This document shows positions 1 through 8,519 of a DNA stretch of 41,687 nucleotides, piece by piece. The first letter of the stretch is position 1, and every line of letters begins with the position of its first letter. Under the pieces are notes generated by a model that had not been told where the DNA came from, ran no database searches, and saw nothing but the letters and a program-made list of their open reading frames with translations. Source of the DNA: an uncultured bacterium. Its GTDB lineage: Bacteria; Verrucomicrobiota; Verrucomicrobiia; Verrucomicrobiales; DEV007. Location: positions 1 to 41,687 of the forward strand of contig CBDULB010000043.1 of NCBI GenBank assembly GCA_965367965.1, written 5' to 3'. The translations under genes and the position numbers were made by a program.

Positions 1-3000
1 GCTCTCGGTGTAGGGGTTGCCGGCCATGACTACGGCGACCTTTTTGCCGCGCAGGTCGTAGGTGCGCGGCTGGCCCTTGTAAACTCCTTCGATCTTGCGT
101 TGCGCATCGCACAGCGAGATGAACTTCTGCAGGAACTCGGTGTGACAGTGCTGGATGTCGTCGAGGTAGATCATCACGTTGTCACCCATCTCGAGGGACA
201 GGTTGAGCTTGTGAATTTCTTCCCTGGCGCTGGCGTTGGGGGCCTCGTTGGGATCGAGCGATTTGACGTCGTGGCCGAGGGCGGGGCCGTTGATTTTCAT
301 GAAGGTGATGCCGAGCCGGTTGGCGATGTACTCCATCAGGGTGGTCTTGCCGTAGCCGGGCGGGGAGATCAGCAGCAGCATGCCCATGCGGTCGGTGCGG
401 GTGTCGTCGCCGACGGTGCCCATCTGCTTGGCGAGGTTGTCGCCGATGAGCGGCAGGTAGACGCGGTCGATGAGGCGGTTGCGCACGAAGGCGCTCATCA
501 CCTTGGGCTTGAACTCCTCGAGACGCATGCTGTCGCGGGTGGTTTCGACGAGGTGGGATTTGAGCTTGGTGTAGGCCTGGTAGTTGGGGACGGCGTGGTG
601 GAGGAAGGTGCGCAGGCGTTTGCTGAAGTCGAGGTAGTCCAAGACGTACTCTCCTTCTTTGATTTTTGGGTGGATGCCGGTCATGCCTTTGATGGTGACC
701 GTGGTTTCAATCGGGTTGATGGCGGTGAGTTGGATGGGGCCCTGGACGAGGTGGACGGCGGCTTCGGAGAGGTAGCGGGCGGATTCGGTTTGGGGTGAGG
801 TCGGGGTTGAGGGAACCTCAGGAGTGAGGTTCTTCCTTGGGGGATCGTCCACTGATGCAGAGTGCAACTCTGCACCATTTTCTTGATCGTCCACCGGGAC
901 TGGCGGGACGCCAGTATCACGTTTCTGTCCACTGGTCAGGGTGGCTCCGCGGAGCCAGTCGCGGGTGATTTCGAACTGGGCGACGGGGTCGTTTTCGAGG
1001 TCGGCGATGGCGGCCTCGAAGTCGGACTCTTTGCGGCGCATGCTGAGGGTGTGGCGGAACTGCTTGGCCAGTTCGGCGGCCTGGGGGGAGACGGTGAAGG
1101 TGTGGCCGTCGACGATCTCTTCGAACAGATATTCGGCGGCGTGCTGGGCATCGGCGGCGGCGAGTCGGGGGCAGGGGATGGCCCACTTTTGCTGGAAGAT
1201 TTCGATGTGGTGGCGGAGCTCGCCGATGGAGGCGCGCTGCGGATCGTTTTGCTCGCCTTCGGTTTGGAAAATGCCGCGCATGGTGCCGTAGGCGGTGAGC
1301 TTGCGCTCGAGGCGGGTTTTGGTTTCTGTGTCGGTCCAGGATTTCCAGAACAGCAGGGCGAGGGCGCGGTCGTCGGGGGCGTAGCGCAGCAGGCCGATGT
1401 GGGCGTGCATTTTGGCGAGCGGATCGAGGATGCGCAGGGCTTCCTGATCGTGCACGCCTTTGGTGTATCCTTCGGCGTAGCGCGGGGCCATGAAGCGCTG
1501 CACGGCGCTGAGTTTTTCTTCGGCGGGGAAATCTTCGGCCTGCCAGGCTTCGAGATCGGTTTCGAGTTGCGGGTCGTCGCCGCGGACGAGGGCGTGGAGA
1601 ACTTTCCAAGCGAGAAATTCGGCGCGGTAGACTTTGTTGTTTTCGGAAATGACTTCCTGGTCCCAGACGCTTTCGGTGTTGAGGAAGTCGGGATCGGTGA
1701 TCGGCTCGAAGAAATTGGTGCCGGCGAGGTGCAGGCACATAAGGCCATCGTGGGGGACGACGGTGAGCTCGAGGTCCTGGGTGTTGACCGAGAACTGGTG
1801 CGTGCCGAAGCGGACGATGTCTTTGCCGTCGACGAACAGCTCGGTGCGGTCCTTGAGCTGGCGGACGGCGTCTTCGCGAATGCCTTTCAGCTGGGTCTGC
1901 AGGTCGTCGGCCTTGACGCTGTCGCCGAGCTCGGCGAGCTGGGTGATGGTGTCGCGGACTTTTTCGATCATCAGATCGCCGGCCAGGTAGCCGTTGATCT
2001 CGTTGATGGTTTCGAGGCTGTCGACGCGGTGGCGGATGCTGGTGAGGATGCGCTCGGCGCTTTTCATCAGCGCGCCGGTGCGCCGGTTGCGGGCTTCGAC
2101 GAGGCTGAGCTTGCGCGCTTCGAAGGCGTTGTAGATCTCGTCGCGCTTTTCGCCGAGCTGCTCGATGTATTCGTCGAAGTCGGCGAAGCGGCCCTCCAGC
2201 TCCTCGAGCTGGATCATCATCTTGCTGAGGTATTCCTCGCACTTGTCGGGCGAGTCGCACAGGTCGAGGTAGTTGATGACCGCCTGGCTGAGCAGCTTCA
2301 TCTGCGCGCCGAACTGGGCGACGCCTTCGCTGCGGGCGAGCTCGCGGCGGCGGTTTTTGAGCGCGGCGCGGACCTGGTTGAGGGTCGAGTAGATCGTCGA
2401 AATGTCGTCGATGATCTGGGTGGTCTGGGTCGAGTCTTCGATCTTCAGGTTGCCGACGATGTCGATGAGCATTTCGAGCTCGGCGCCGGACTGGTTGAGC
2501 GCTTCTTCGACTGCGTTGGCTTCGGTGACCTTGGAAAGATCGGGAACCAGCTTCTGCTGATCGCTGACCTGGGCGCGGTAGGGATCGAGGGCGTCGGGCT
2601 GGAGCAGGAATTTTACGCAGTTTTCAGAGACCTTGGCGCTGGCATCTTCGACGTCGTCCTCGAGAACCTGCACGGCATCGGTGTCGATGTAGCGCAGGTC
2701 GCGCAGGGAAATGATCTCGCCGCGCACGGTGCGCAGTTCGGCGAGGCTGTGCACGAAGCCCATGATGTCGTCCGGGCGGGTGTTGCGCGCCTTGGTGGCA
2801 AGCTTCTTCGCGCTTTTCGAAACGCGATGCATTTCGTCGGCGGTCGAGCTGCGCAGGCGCACGACCTTGTCGAACTCGGCGATGGCGGAATCGGCGGCGC
2901 CCTTGATTTGCAGCAGCGCGGACTTGAGATCGTAGGTCGCCTGGTCGCCGATCCAGAAGTAGGCGTCGGCGATGTCGCCGGCTTTCTTGGCGAGGTCGAT

Positions 3001-4407
3001 GTAGAGATCGGCGTAGCTGTCGTCCTTGCTGAGCAGCTTGAGCACCTCGTGGCACTCGGCCATGGCGCGGACGATGTCGGCGTTGCCGATCTTGTAGAGC
3101 TGCGAATCGGTGCGCTGGTCGGCGCGGAATTCGCCCTCCATGAACGGCGTCTGCCAGACCTGCAGCGTGTGATGTTTCTGCGGTCGGTCGTCGGCGCGAA
3201 AGTAGATCAGTTCGCCGTCGGGAAATACCGAGTAGCCGTGGCAGGCGATCGGCGTCTCGACTTTCTGATCGATGATGTTGTACGACATCAGCACGTACTT
3301 GCCGGCGTCGCGGTTGTAAAAAATGTAGAGGTGGTCCTCGCCGTTGGGCGAGGGGATGCGCCGTTCGAACACCATGTTGGCGAACTCACCGCCGGAGTCG
3401 AAGATCTTGGTTTCGCCGGTCTGCAGGTGGTAGCCGTCGGAAAAAATGATGCCGTGATCGTCGGGCAGCAGCACGCACGAGTTGGCGATCGAATCGATGC
3501 GGCGAACGCTTTTGGTTTTCTCGTTGAACACCAGGTGGCGGTAATCCTTTTCCTGGTAGGGCAGAATTTTCAGCAGAATCAGGCTGCCGACGATGGCGTA
3601 GAAAATCTCGGCGTCGTCGAGCGTCTGATCGCTGTTGGTGACGTCCTCTTCGTAAATGCCTTCGCCGCTCTCGGTGTTGTCCTCGATCTTGATGGTCAGG
3701 TCGCCACCGACGGTTTCGACGAACAGGCGGTCGTCGATCGATACGTGCGGGTGCATGCCTTCGCGGTACATGCCGCGATGCGCGCGGGTCCATTCGAACT
3801 CCTGTTGCGGGGGAAACAGGTATTCGTGATCAGAGCGGTTGCCGATGTACTGCAGCTGGCCGTCGTTGAGCAGCCATTTAAAAACCTTGATGTCATCGAT
3901 GGCCTTGCCGATGCGGAAGGCCATGTAGAGGTGCGGCCCGATGACCAGGAATTTTACGAAGCGGGTGAGCTTGTAGTACTTGTAAAGGTAGGCGAAGTCT
4001 TCGGCGAAGCTGCCCTGGTGGAGCAGATCGAGCGGCTGCGGGTGAAGAGTGTGGTCGTCGGGGTGGTATTCGTAGACGGAGAGGACGTCGCTCAGTTCGG
4101 TGGTCGACTTCAGGCCGATGTGAACGTTGTAGCCGAAGATGAAGCGGTTTTTGCCAATCGCGATCATGTCGCGTGGCTCGCAGTTGTTCCCGGTCGAAAT
4201 GCGCTCGGTGGCGATCAGTTCGAGGTCGACGGCGCCGAACACTTCCTGGCGTTCGTCGTTGAGCTTGGCGAGGCGGCCGCGCAGGTCCTTGGCGTGCGAC
4301 TCGAGGCGCGCGCGGATGATTTCGTAGGCGCCGCCTTCGAGGCCGCCGGTGTAGGAGGCGGCGGGCGCGTCTTCGAGCGTGGCGGGCGCGTGTGGGTCTT
4401 CGGGCAT
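1..4407 (-). CDS. Giant multidomain P-loop (classical AAA-type) ATPase, >1468 aa. N-terminus at 4407; the C-terminus runs past the window start. Often annotated 'DNA repair ATPase'-like; function unknown.
   Basis: Minus-strand frame 0 is open from the ATG at 4407-4405 to position 1. An in-frame stop lies 18 codons upstream of the ATG (4461-4459). I translated it by hand. Domain order: N-terminal ~500 aa globular region (YEYHPDDHTL..., FYNRDAGKYVLMSYNIIDQKVETPIACHGYSVFPDGELIYF); ~500 aa coiled-coil/helical region; a P/T/S linker (DTGVPPVPVDDQENGAELHSASVDDPPRKNLTPEVPSTPTSPQTES) encoded at ~780-940; then an AAA core with Walker A MLLLISPPGYGKTTLMEYIANRLG (~coords 360-290) and Walker B VMIYLDDIQH ~55 aa later. 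It is missing from the ORF track only because no stop falls inside the window. Confidence 0.75.
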   Translation of the reverse strand, partial: MPEDPHAPATLEDAPAASYTGGLEGGAYEIIRARLESHAKDLRGRLAKLNDERQEVFGAVDLELIATERISTGNNCEPRDMIAIGKNRFIFGYNVHIGLKSTTELSDVLSVYEYHPDDHTLHPQPLDLLHQGSFAEDFAYLYKYYKLTRFVKFLVIGPHLYMAFRIGKAIDDIKVFKWLLNDGQLQYIGNRSDHEYLFPPQQEFEWTRAHRGMYREGMHPHVSIDDRLFVETVGGDLTIKIEDNTESGEGIYEEDVTNSDQTLDDAEIFYAIVGSLILLKILPYQEKDYRHLVFNEKTKSVRRIDSIANSCVLLPDDHGIIFSDGYHLQTGETKIFDSGGEFANMVFERRIPSPNGEDHLYIFYNRDAGKYVLMSYNIIDQKVETPIACHGYSVFPDGELIYFRADDRPQKHHTLQVWQTPFMEGEFRADQRTDSQLYKIGNADIVRAMAECHEVLKLLSKDDSYADLYIDLAKKAGDIADAYFWIGDQATYDLKSALLQIKGAADSAIAEFDKVVRLRSSTADEMHRVSKSAKKLATKARNTRPDDIMGFVHSLAELRTVRGEIISLRDLRYIDTDAVQVLEDDVEDASAKVSENCVKFLLQPDALDPYRAQVSDQQKLVPDLSKVTEANAVEEALNQSGAELEMLIDIVGNLKIEDSTQTTQIIDDISTIYSTLNQVRAALKNRRRELARSEGVAQFGAQMKLLSQAVINYLDLCDSPDKCEEYLSKMMIQLEELEGRFADFDEYIEQLGEKRDEIYNAFEARKLSLVEARNRRTGALMKSAERILTSIRHRVDSLETINEINGYLAGDLMIEKVRDTITQLAELGDSVKADDLQTQLKGIREDAVRQLKDRTELFVDGKDIVRFGTHQFSVNTQDLELTVVPHDGLMCLHLAGTNFFEPITDPDFLNTESVWDQEVISENNKVYRAEFLAWKVLHALVRGDDPQLETDLEAWQAEDFPAEEKLSAVQRFMAPRYAEGYTKGVHDQEALRILDPLAKMHAHIGLLRYAPDDRALALLFWKSWTDTETKTRLERKLTAYGTMRGIFQTEGEQNDPQRASIGELRHHIEIFQQKWAIPCPRLAAADAQHAAEYLFEEIVDGHTFTVSPQAAELAKQFRHTLSMRRKESDFEAAIADLENDPVAQFEITRDWLRGATLTSGQKRDTGVPPVPVDDQENGAELHSASVDDPPRKNLTPEVPSTPTSPQTESARYLSEAAVHLVQGPIQLTAINPIETTVTIKGMTGIHPKIKEGEYVLDYLDFSKRLRTFLHHAVPNYQAYTKLKSHLVETTRDSMRLEEFKPKVMSAFVRNRLIDRVYLPLIGDNLAKQMGTVGDDTRTDRMGMLLLISPPGYGKTTLMEYIANRLGITFMKINGPALGHDVKSLDPNEAPNASAREEIHKLNLSLEMGDNVMIYLDDIQHCHTEFLQKFISLCDAQRKIEGVYKGQPRTYDLRGKKVAVVMAGNPYTES
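885..932. repeat. Copy A of a ~47-nt repeat element (GATCGTCCAC-CGGGACTGGCGGGACGCCAGTATCACGTTTCTGTCCAC). Lies in frame inside the linker-coding region of the giant ATPase gene.
   Basis: About 85-90% identical to copy B at 4493-4539. Contains the hairpin CTGGCG-GGA-CGCCAG (900-914). Preceded by a second GATCGTCCAC (843-852) and the palindrome TGCAGAGTGCAACTCTGCA (856-874). Confidence 0.7.
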
Positions 4408-4427
4408 GGTGTTTGGCGCGCGGCGTT

Positions 4428-4464
4428 GCGGTTAGCTTTTCGCGATTAGCGATTAGCGGTTAGT
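4428..4464. repeat. Tandem heptamers (G/A)TTAGC(G/T): CGGTTAG, then CGATTAG CGATTAG CGGTTAG. They sit 25-60 nt upstream of the ATPase start codon.
   Basis: Read directly from the sequence: gcggttagcttttcgcgattagcgattagcggttagttttt. The same heptamer class recurs at 10189-10209. Confidence 0.7.
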
Positions 4465-4492
4465 TTTTCGTCCAGAGGGTAGCGGGTTGAGT

Positions 4493-4539
4493 CTCGTCCA
4501 CGGGGACCGGCGGGACGCCGGTATCACGTTTTCGTCCAG
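4493..4539. repeat. Copy B of the ~47-nt repeat element, in the leader/promoter region of the ATPase gene.
   Basis: CTCGTCCAC-GGGGACCGGCGGGACGCCGGTATCACGTTTTCGTCCAG. Its hairpin CCGGCG-GGA-CGCCGG (4507-4521) differs from copy A by the paired change T..A to C..G, which keeps the stem. Flanked by the direct repeat TTTTCGTCCAGAGGG at 4465-4479 and 4529-4543. Other hairpins nearby: GGACAAGCG-GGC-CGCTTGTCC (4574-4594), and CCCTACCG...CGGTAGGG (4593-4626). Confidence 0.7.
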
Positions 4540-4825
4540 AGGGAAGGGGGGGCGGGAGTCGCTCGACGTTCGCGGACAAGCGGGCCGCTTGTCCCTACCG
4601 GGAGTGGTCTGGGTAATTCGGTAGGGACGATCCGGCCCGGTCGTCCGTTGAGCGTTGCGTGGGTTGTCTGGGTGAAAGATGATCATCGGTGATTCTGCGT
4701 TCGTCGCCAGGGAGCTGATAGCTAAACGCCGCGACCATCGGGAGCGAAGAGATCGCCGGTCCAACGGCTGCCAGCTCGAAGGCTGACAGCCGGGGATCGT
4801 GCGAAGTGAGCTTCCCCCCGAAAAC

Positions 4826-6868
4826 TCACTTTGCAGTCAGTCGTTTCAGCGCCTTGCCTGCGTTCTCGCCGGCGAAGCCGAAGCGTTCGGCGGCGTTGAG
4901 CAGGCTGGTCATGCTGGTTCTGGTTTTTTCGTCCTTGGCCTCACCGACCAGTCTACCGAGCAGGGCGGAGATGGACAGGTTTTTCAGGTCTTCGCTGGAG
5001 ACACCGAACTGATCGATCCAGCCGGCGATCTGCGATTTGAAATACTCGGGGTCGCCGTTGAAGAAGGTCTCCTTGACGTCGCTGAGCGTTTCGCTGCTGT
5101 GGACCATGCGGTCGACAGCTTTGCCGGCGGTGGCCGCCTGGGTGATCTTCTCGAAGAAGTTGGTGTCGCCTCCGATGATGTCGATGTTGGAGCTCTTCAG
5201 CGCCTCGGCAACGATCTCGGAGTGTTTGCCGGCGATGTCGGCCTGGACGCGGATCTCGGCCAGTTCGACGGCTTGTTCCTTGTTGAGTTCGAGTTTGAAC
5301 TCTTCGTGTTCGCGTCCGACTTCGTCGAACTTCTTCATCGCATCGGCCTTGGCATTGATACCGTCGGCTTCGGCGGTGGCTTTGGCGCGAACGACGTCGG
5401 CCTGACCGAGTCCGGCGGCTGCGGTCTCGGCGGTGACACCGGCGGCGAGAGTCTTCTTGGCGGCAGAGATTTTCTCTGACGACGTCTGCTCGGCTTCGGC
5501 GGCGATGACGACCTCTTCGGCGTGCAGCTCGGCGGCCTGGCGATTGGCTTCGGCCATTTTGACCACTTCGTAGAGTTCCTGGTCGGCCTTGATCTGTGCG
5601 GCTTCGCGGCCGGCTTCGGCTTCTTTGATCTTGATGATCAGTTGTTCCTCGGCGGCTTTTTCAGCGAGCGTCACCGCGACGCTCTTCTCGCGCTCGGCAC
5701 CGGCGAAAGCTTCGGTATCGAGAATCTTCTGTTGTTCCTCGACCACAGTTTTTTCGACCATGACGCGTTCTTTGATGACGTCCTGAATTTCCTTTTTCTC
5801 GACCTCGACGGCCTTCTCTTTCTCGATGTCTTTGAGCGTGGTGACGCGCTCGCGGTCGATGGCTTCGAGTTCGCGGTCGCGTTTGACGCGCTCCTGTTCG
5901 ACGCCATCGGTGCGCTCCTTGTTGCGCTCGGCGACGATCACTTCGCGATCTTTGTTCTGAGTCGCAATCTGCACCTCCTCTTCGGTGGCGATGCGGGCGC
6001 GCTCGGACTTGAGCAGTTCCTCCTGGCGGATCTTCTCGGTCTCGGCGGTTTCGCGGGCCTGCACGCTTTCGACTTCGCGCTTCTGCTTGGCCTCGGTCTC
6101 GGCGAGCTGGCGCTCCAGCTCGAGAATCGCTTCGCGGGCTTCGACGTCCTGCTGCTTGATGACCTTTTCTTTGTCGCGCTGGATGTTGTTGGCCAGCTTC
6201 GCCTGGGTGGCGGTCAGTTCGGTGATCTTTTTGATACCCTCGGAGTCGAGGATGTTGTCCGGGTCCATCGACTCGAGCGGGGTCTGCTCGAGGTAGTCAA
6301 TGGCCGCGTCTTCCAGCGAGAAACCATTCAGATCGGTGCCGATCAGTTTGATGATTTCATCGCGAAAGGTGTCGCGCTCTTCGTAAAGTTCGATGAAGTC
6401 GAAACGCTTACCGATGGTCTTCAGGGCCTCGGAGAATTTCGCATCGAACAGGGCTTCGATTTCGGCCAGTGACGAGGCGCGTTCGCAGCCGATGGCGTTG
6501 GCGACGCGAATCACATCTTCGACGGTAGGATTGACCCGCACGAAAAAGGCGACCTTGATGTCGGCGCGCATGTTGTCTTTGCAGATCAAGCCGTTGCTGC
6601 CGGTGCGGTCGACCTCGATGCGTTTCACCGACAGGTCCATTTCCTCGACCCGGTGAATGACCGGGTAGACGGCGATGCCATCGAAGGCGACTTTGGTCTC
6701 GCCGAGACCGGTGCGCACCAGTGCGGTGCCTTTTTTGACCTTGCGAAAGAAGGCGGCGAACAGGGCGAGCAGTGCCAGGACGAGCACCAGCAGGCCACCC
6801 AGGCCCATGGCGAGCAAGGCGACCCCTGACGGGATGTCCGCGAGTAGTAGTGTATTCATATCAGGCAT
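4826..6868 (-). CDS. Flotillin family protein (SPFH/band-7 domain with a long E/K/A-rich coiled coil), 680 aa.
   Basis: N-terminal TM segment, then an SPFH-like segment (GIAVYPVIHRVEEMDLSVKRIEVDRTGSNGLICKDNMRADIKVAFFVRVNP), then an E/K/R/A heptad-rich region typical of bacterial flotillins (YuaG/FloT, YqiK). Partnered with an nfeD gene 5 nt upstream. Confidence 0.8.
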   Translation of the reverse strand: MPDMNTLLLADIPSGVALLAMGLGGLLVLVLALLALFAAFFRKVKKGTALVRTGLGETKVAFDGIAVYPVIHRVEEMDLSVKRIEVDRTGSNGLICKDNMRADIKVAFFVRVNPTVEDVIRVANAIGCERASSLAEIEALFDAKFSEALKTIGKRFDFIELYEERDTFRDEIIKLIGTDLNGFSLEDAAIDYLEQTPLESMDPDNILDSEGIKKITELTATQAKLANNIQRDKEKVIKQQDVEAREAILELERQLAETEAKQKREVESVQARETAETEKIRQEELLKSERARIATEEEVQIATQNKDREVIVAERNKERTDGVEQERVKRDRELEAIDRERVTTLKDIEKEKAVEVEKKEIQDVIKERVMVEKTVVEEQQKILDTEAFAGAEREKSVAVTLAEKAAEEQLIIKIKEAEAGREAAQIKADQELYEVVKMAEANRQAAELHAEEVVIAAEAEQTSSEKISAAKKTLAAGVTAETAAAGLGQADVVRAKATAEADGINAKADAMKKFDEVGREHEEFKLELNKEQAVELAEIRVQADIAGKHSEIVAEALKSSNIDIIGGDTNFFEKITQAATAGKAVDRMVHSSETLSDVKETFFNGDPEYFKSQIAGWIDQFGVSSEDLKNLSISALLGRLVGEAKDEKTRTSMTSLLNAAERFGFAGENAGKALKRLTAK

Positions 6869-6873
6869 GGTTT

Positions 6874-7617
6874 TCAGGTTGATTGGTTGGAGGTTTCATT
6901 GGAAATGGGGCGCGCGATGTGCAGGTCGCGCGTGTCGTCTTTGGCGACGATGAGGACTTCGGTGCCGCGCGGCACCGGGTCGCAGCCTTCGGAAAGACGG
7001 GCATTGATAAGCAGCGACGCACCCTTTTCGATGACTTCGATCTGGCCGTAATCTGCGGTCAGCTGCGCGGAGCGAACCGTGCCGCTCTGGCCGGTTAAGG
7101 GTTTGTGCACCTCGTTGTTGCGCATCATTTTCATCAATGGGCGCAGCGGCCGGATCGTCAGTTTGGTGAGAACGAAGGCGCTGACGGCAACGCCGACCAG
7201 CAGCAGGTTGGCGCGGGAAGTCGACTCGGCATCATTGAGGTAAAGATTGGCCGCGATGTTGCCGCACCACAGGAAAAGCACGAATACGGACATTACGAAG
7301 GTGAACGGCGCGTCGCCGACACCGAGGAATTGCATCACTGCGTGAAAGGCATTTCCGGAGCTGCTGTCGGCGTCGCCGTGCATATCGCCATCGCCGGCGT
7401 CCGCCACATCTCCCGTGTCGCCGAGGTCACCGTCGTGACCGCCGCCGATGTCGTGACCGTCGGCGCCGTCTATGCCGTCAAAGCCCATGACGCCATCGAT
7501 GGTGTCGTGATCGATCAGGCCGAACATGGCGATCACCCAGTAGACAGCGATCAGCCCCAATAGAATCGTCAGCGGCAGATTGAAACCTTTGAGGGCTTCC
7601 TGGAAAATTTCAGTCAT
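6874..7617 (-). CDS. NfeD-family membrane protein (YuaF/YqiJ-like) with a C-terminal OB-fold. Carries an Asp/Gly/His-rich low-complexity insertion.
   Basis: N-terminal TM helices. C-terminal beta-rich segment TGQSGTVRSAQLTADYGQIEVIEKGASLLINARLSEG...PRGTEVLIVAKDD, typical of short NfeD homologs that precede flotillin genes. Insert DGVMGFDGIDGADGHDIGGGHDGDLGDTGDVADAGDGDMHGDADSSS at ~7335-7512. Confidence 0.65.
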   Translation of the reverse strand: MTEIFQEALKGFNLPLTILLGLIAVYWVIAMFGLIDHDTIDGVMGFDGIDGADGHDIGGGHDGDLGDTGDVADAGDGDMHGDADSSSGNAFHAVMQFLGVGDAPFTFVMSVFVLFLWCGNIAANLYLNDAESTSRANLLLVGVAVSAFVLTKLTIRPLRPLMKMMRNNEVHKPLTGQSGTVRSAQLTADYGQIEVIEKGASLLINARLSEGCDPVPRGTEVLIVAKDDTRDLHIARPISNETSNQST

Positions 7618-7707
7618 GGCGTGGAGGGTCCTCAGGGTTCGTCTTCAGTGTGTGGATTCTGCTCCGTTCCGGCAAGGGTGAAGCGATTCGCATTGGTTAA
7701 CTTTTTT

Positions 7708-7786
7708 CCGAAGCCTTTCGGGTGTGATGCCTATTTTACGAAGAAAGTCACTTTCGCCCATTACAATGCGGCGAAAGGATTGTAAC
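7708..7786. promoter_or_regulatory. Three palindromes in the divergent nfeD / HTH-gene intergenic region; candidate operator sites.
   Basis: CCGAA-GCCT-TTCGG (7708-7721), GAAAGT-C-ACTTTC (7744-7756), TTACAAT-N11-ATTGTAA (7762-7786). The motif GATCGTCCACCG (7831-7842) lies just downstream. Confidence 0.4.
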
Positions 7787-7919
7787 GCCGTCGGCGTGTG
7801 ACTCGTTCTTTGTGCTCAGTTCTTTGCTGGATCGTCCACCGTTCAGCTCATGAGGTGGAAATGCCTCGCTGCTTTTTCGTGGCTTGTTTTCCCTCAAGGC
7901 CTACGCCAGACTGCGGACC

Positions 7920-8396
7920 ATGGAATCGCATGAGGTCATCAAAGAAGCCTTCGAAAAAACCAGTCCCAAGCTGGTCGCTTCGGAAATGGGCTTGTCGCTG
8001 TCGCTGGTTTATAAATGGGCACAGGCAAATACCGAGACCGGCTCGGGCAGTCGCAATCCTCTCGACCGGGTCGCCAAACTGATCGAATTGACCACAGACA
8101 CTCATCTGATCGAATGGCTTTGTCAGCAGGCCGGCGGTTACTTTGTTAAGAACCCGCAGAGCAGTTGCGAAAAGGGCTACGAAGTGGTGCCGGCGACGCA
8201 CGAGATTGTGCAGCAGTTCGCCAGTTTGTTGACGGTGATCTCGCAGGCGGCGGTCGACAATGAAATCACTGACGATGAGTCGGAAGAGATTCGCGACTGC
8301 TGGGACGAGTTAAAAGCCTACGCCGAAGGTTTTGTGCGCTGCTGTGAGGAAGGCGACTTTCAGCAGATCAAGCGTGGCCTCGGCGCGCGCAAGTGA
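7920..8396 (+). CDS. Small helix-turn-helix regulatory protein (phage CII / Cro-like HTH flavour), 158 aa.
   Basis: ATG at 7920 in context accATGg. The track start at 7884 is a TTG. HTH-like segment SPKLVASEMGLSLSLVYKWAQ. Acidic, Cys-containing C-terminus (DDESEEIRDCWDELKAYAEGFVRCCEEGD). Confidence 0.5.
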   Translation: MESHEVIKEAFEKTSPKLVASEMGLSLSLVYKWAQANTETGSGSRNPLDRVAKLIELTTDTHLIEWLCQQAGGYFVKNPQSSCEKGYEVVPATHEIVQQFASLLTVISQAAVDNEITDDESEEIRDCWDELKAYAEGFVRCCEEGDFQQIKRGLGARK

Positions 8397-8519
8397 GCCG
8401 GGGCGCGACGCCGGCGCGCGCTCCTGAATCGCAGGTCTTCGCGGACCGGCAGGGTCTGTTTTTCGGTCTCCTTGCGTTTCGGTGTTCGCTGCGACACAGT
8501 AGCGCTTAACGATAATTTT

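Noticed and set aside
917-2260. Minus-strand ORFs 917-2260 (447 aa, Arg/Pro-rich) and 936-1748 (270 aa, Ser/Pro/Thr-rich).
   Set aside because: These are off-frame artefacts inside the ATPase gene. Extreme R/P or S/P/T bias is the signature of wrong frames in GC-rich DNA.
100-4449. Long + strand ORFs (100-798, 232 aa; 862-4449, 1195 aa) rich in G/V/D/E/A/L.
   Set aside because: They are antisense shadows of the real minus-strand ATPase gene. Their composition is typical of the reverse strand of high-GC coding DNA, and the minus frame gives a coherent AAA protein with Walker A and B.
4427-4464. Possible CRISPR or telomere-like array from the TTAGC heptamers.
   Set aside because: The units are 7 nt with no spacers, and there are only 3-4 copies. 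This is not a CRISPR architecture. I treat it as a short tandem repeat or binding-site array.
5522-6472. + strand ORF of 316 aa, plus several 60-120 aa ORFs, across the flotillin gene.
   Set aside because: Antisense to the flotillin coding sequence. Repetitive F/L/G/D composition with no domain signal.
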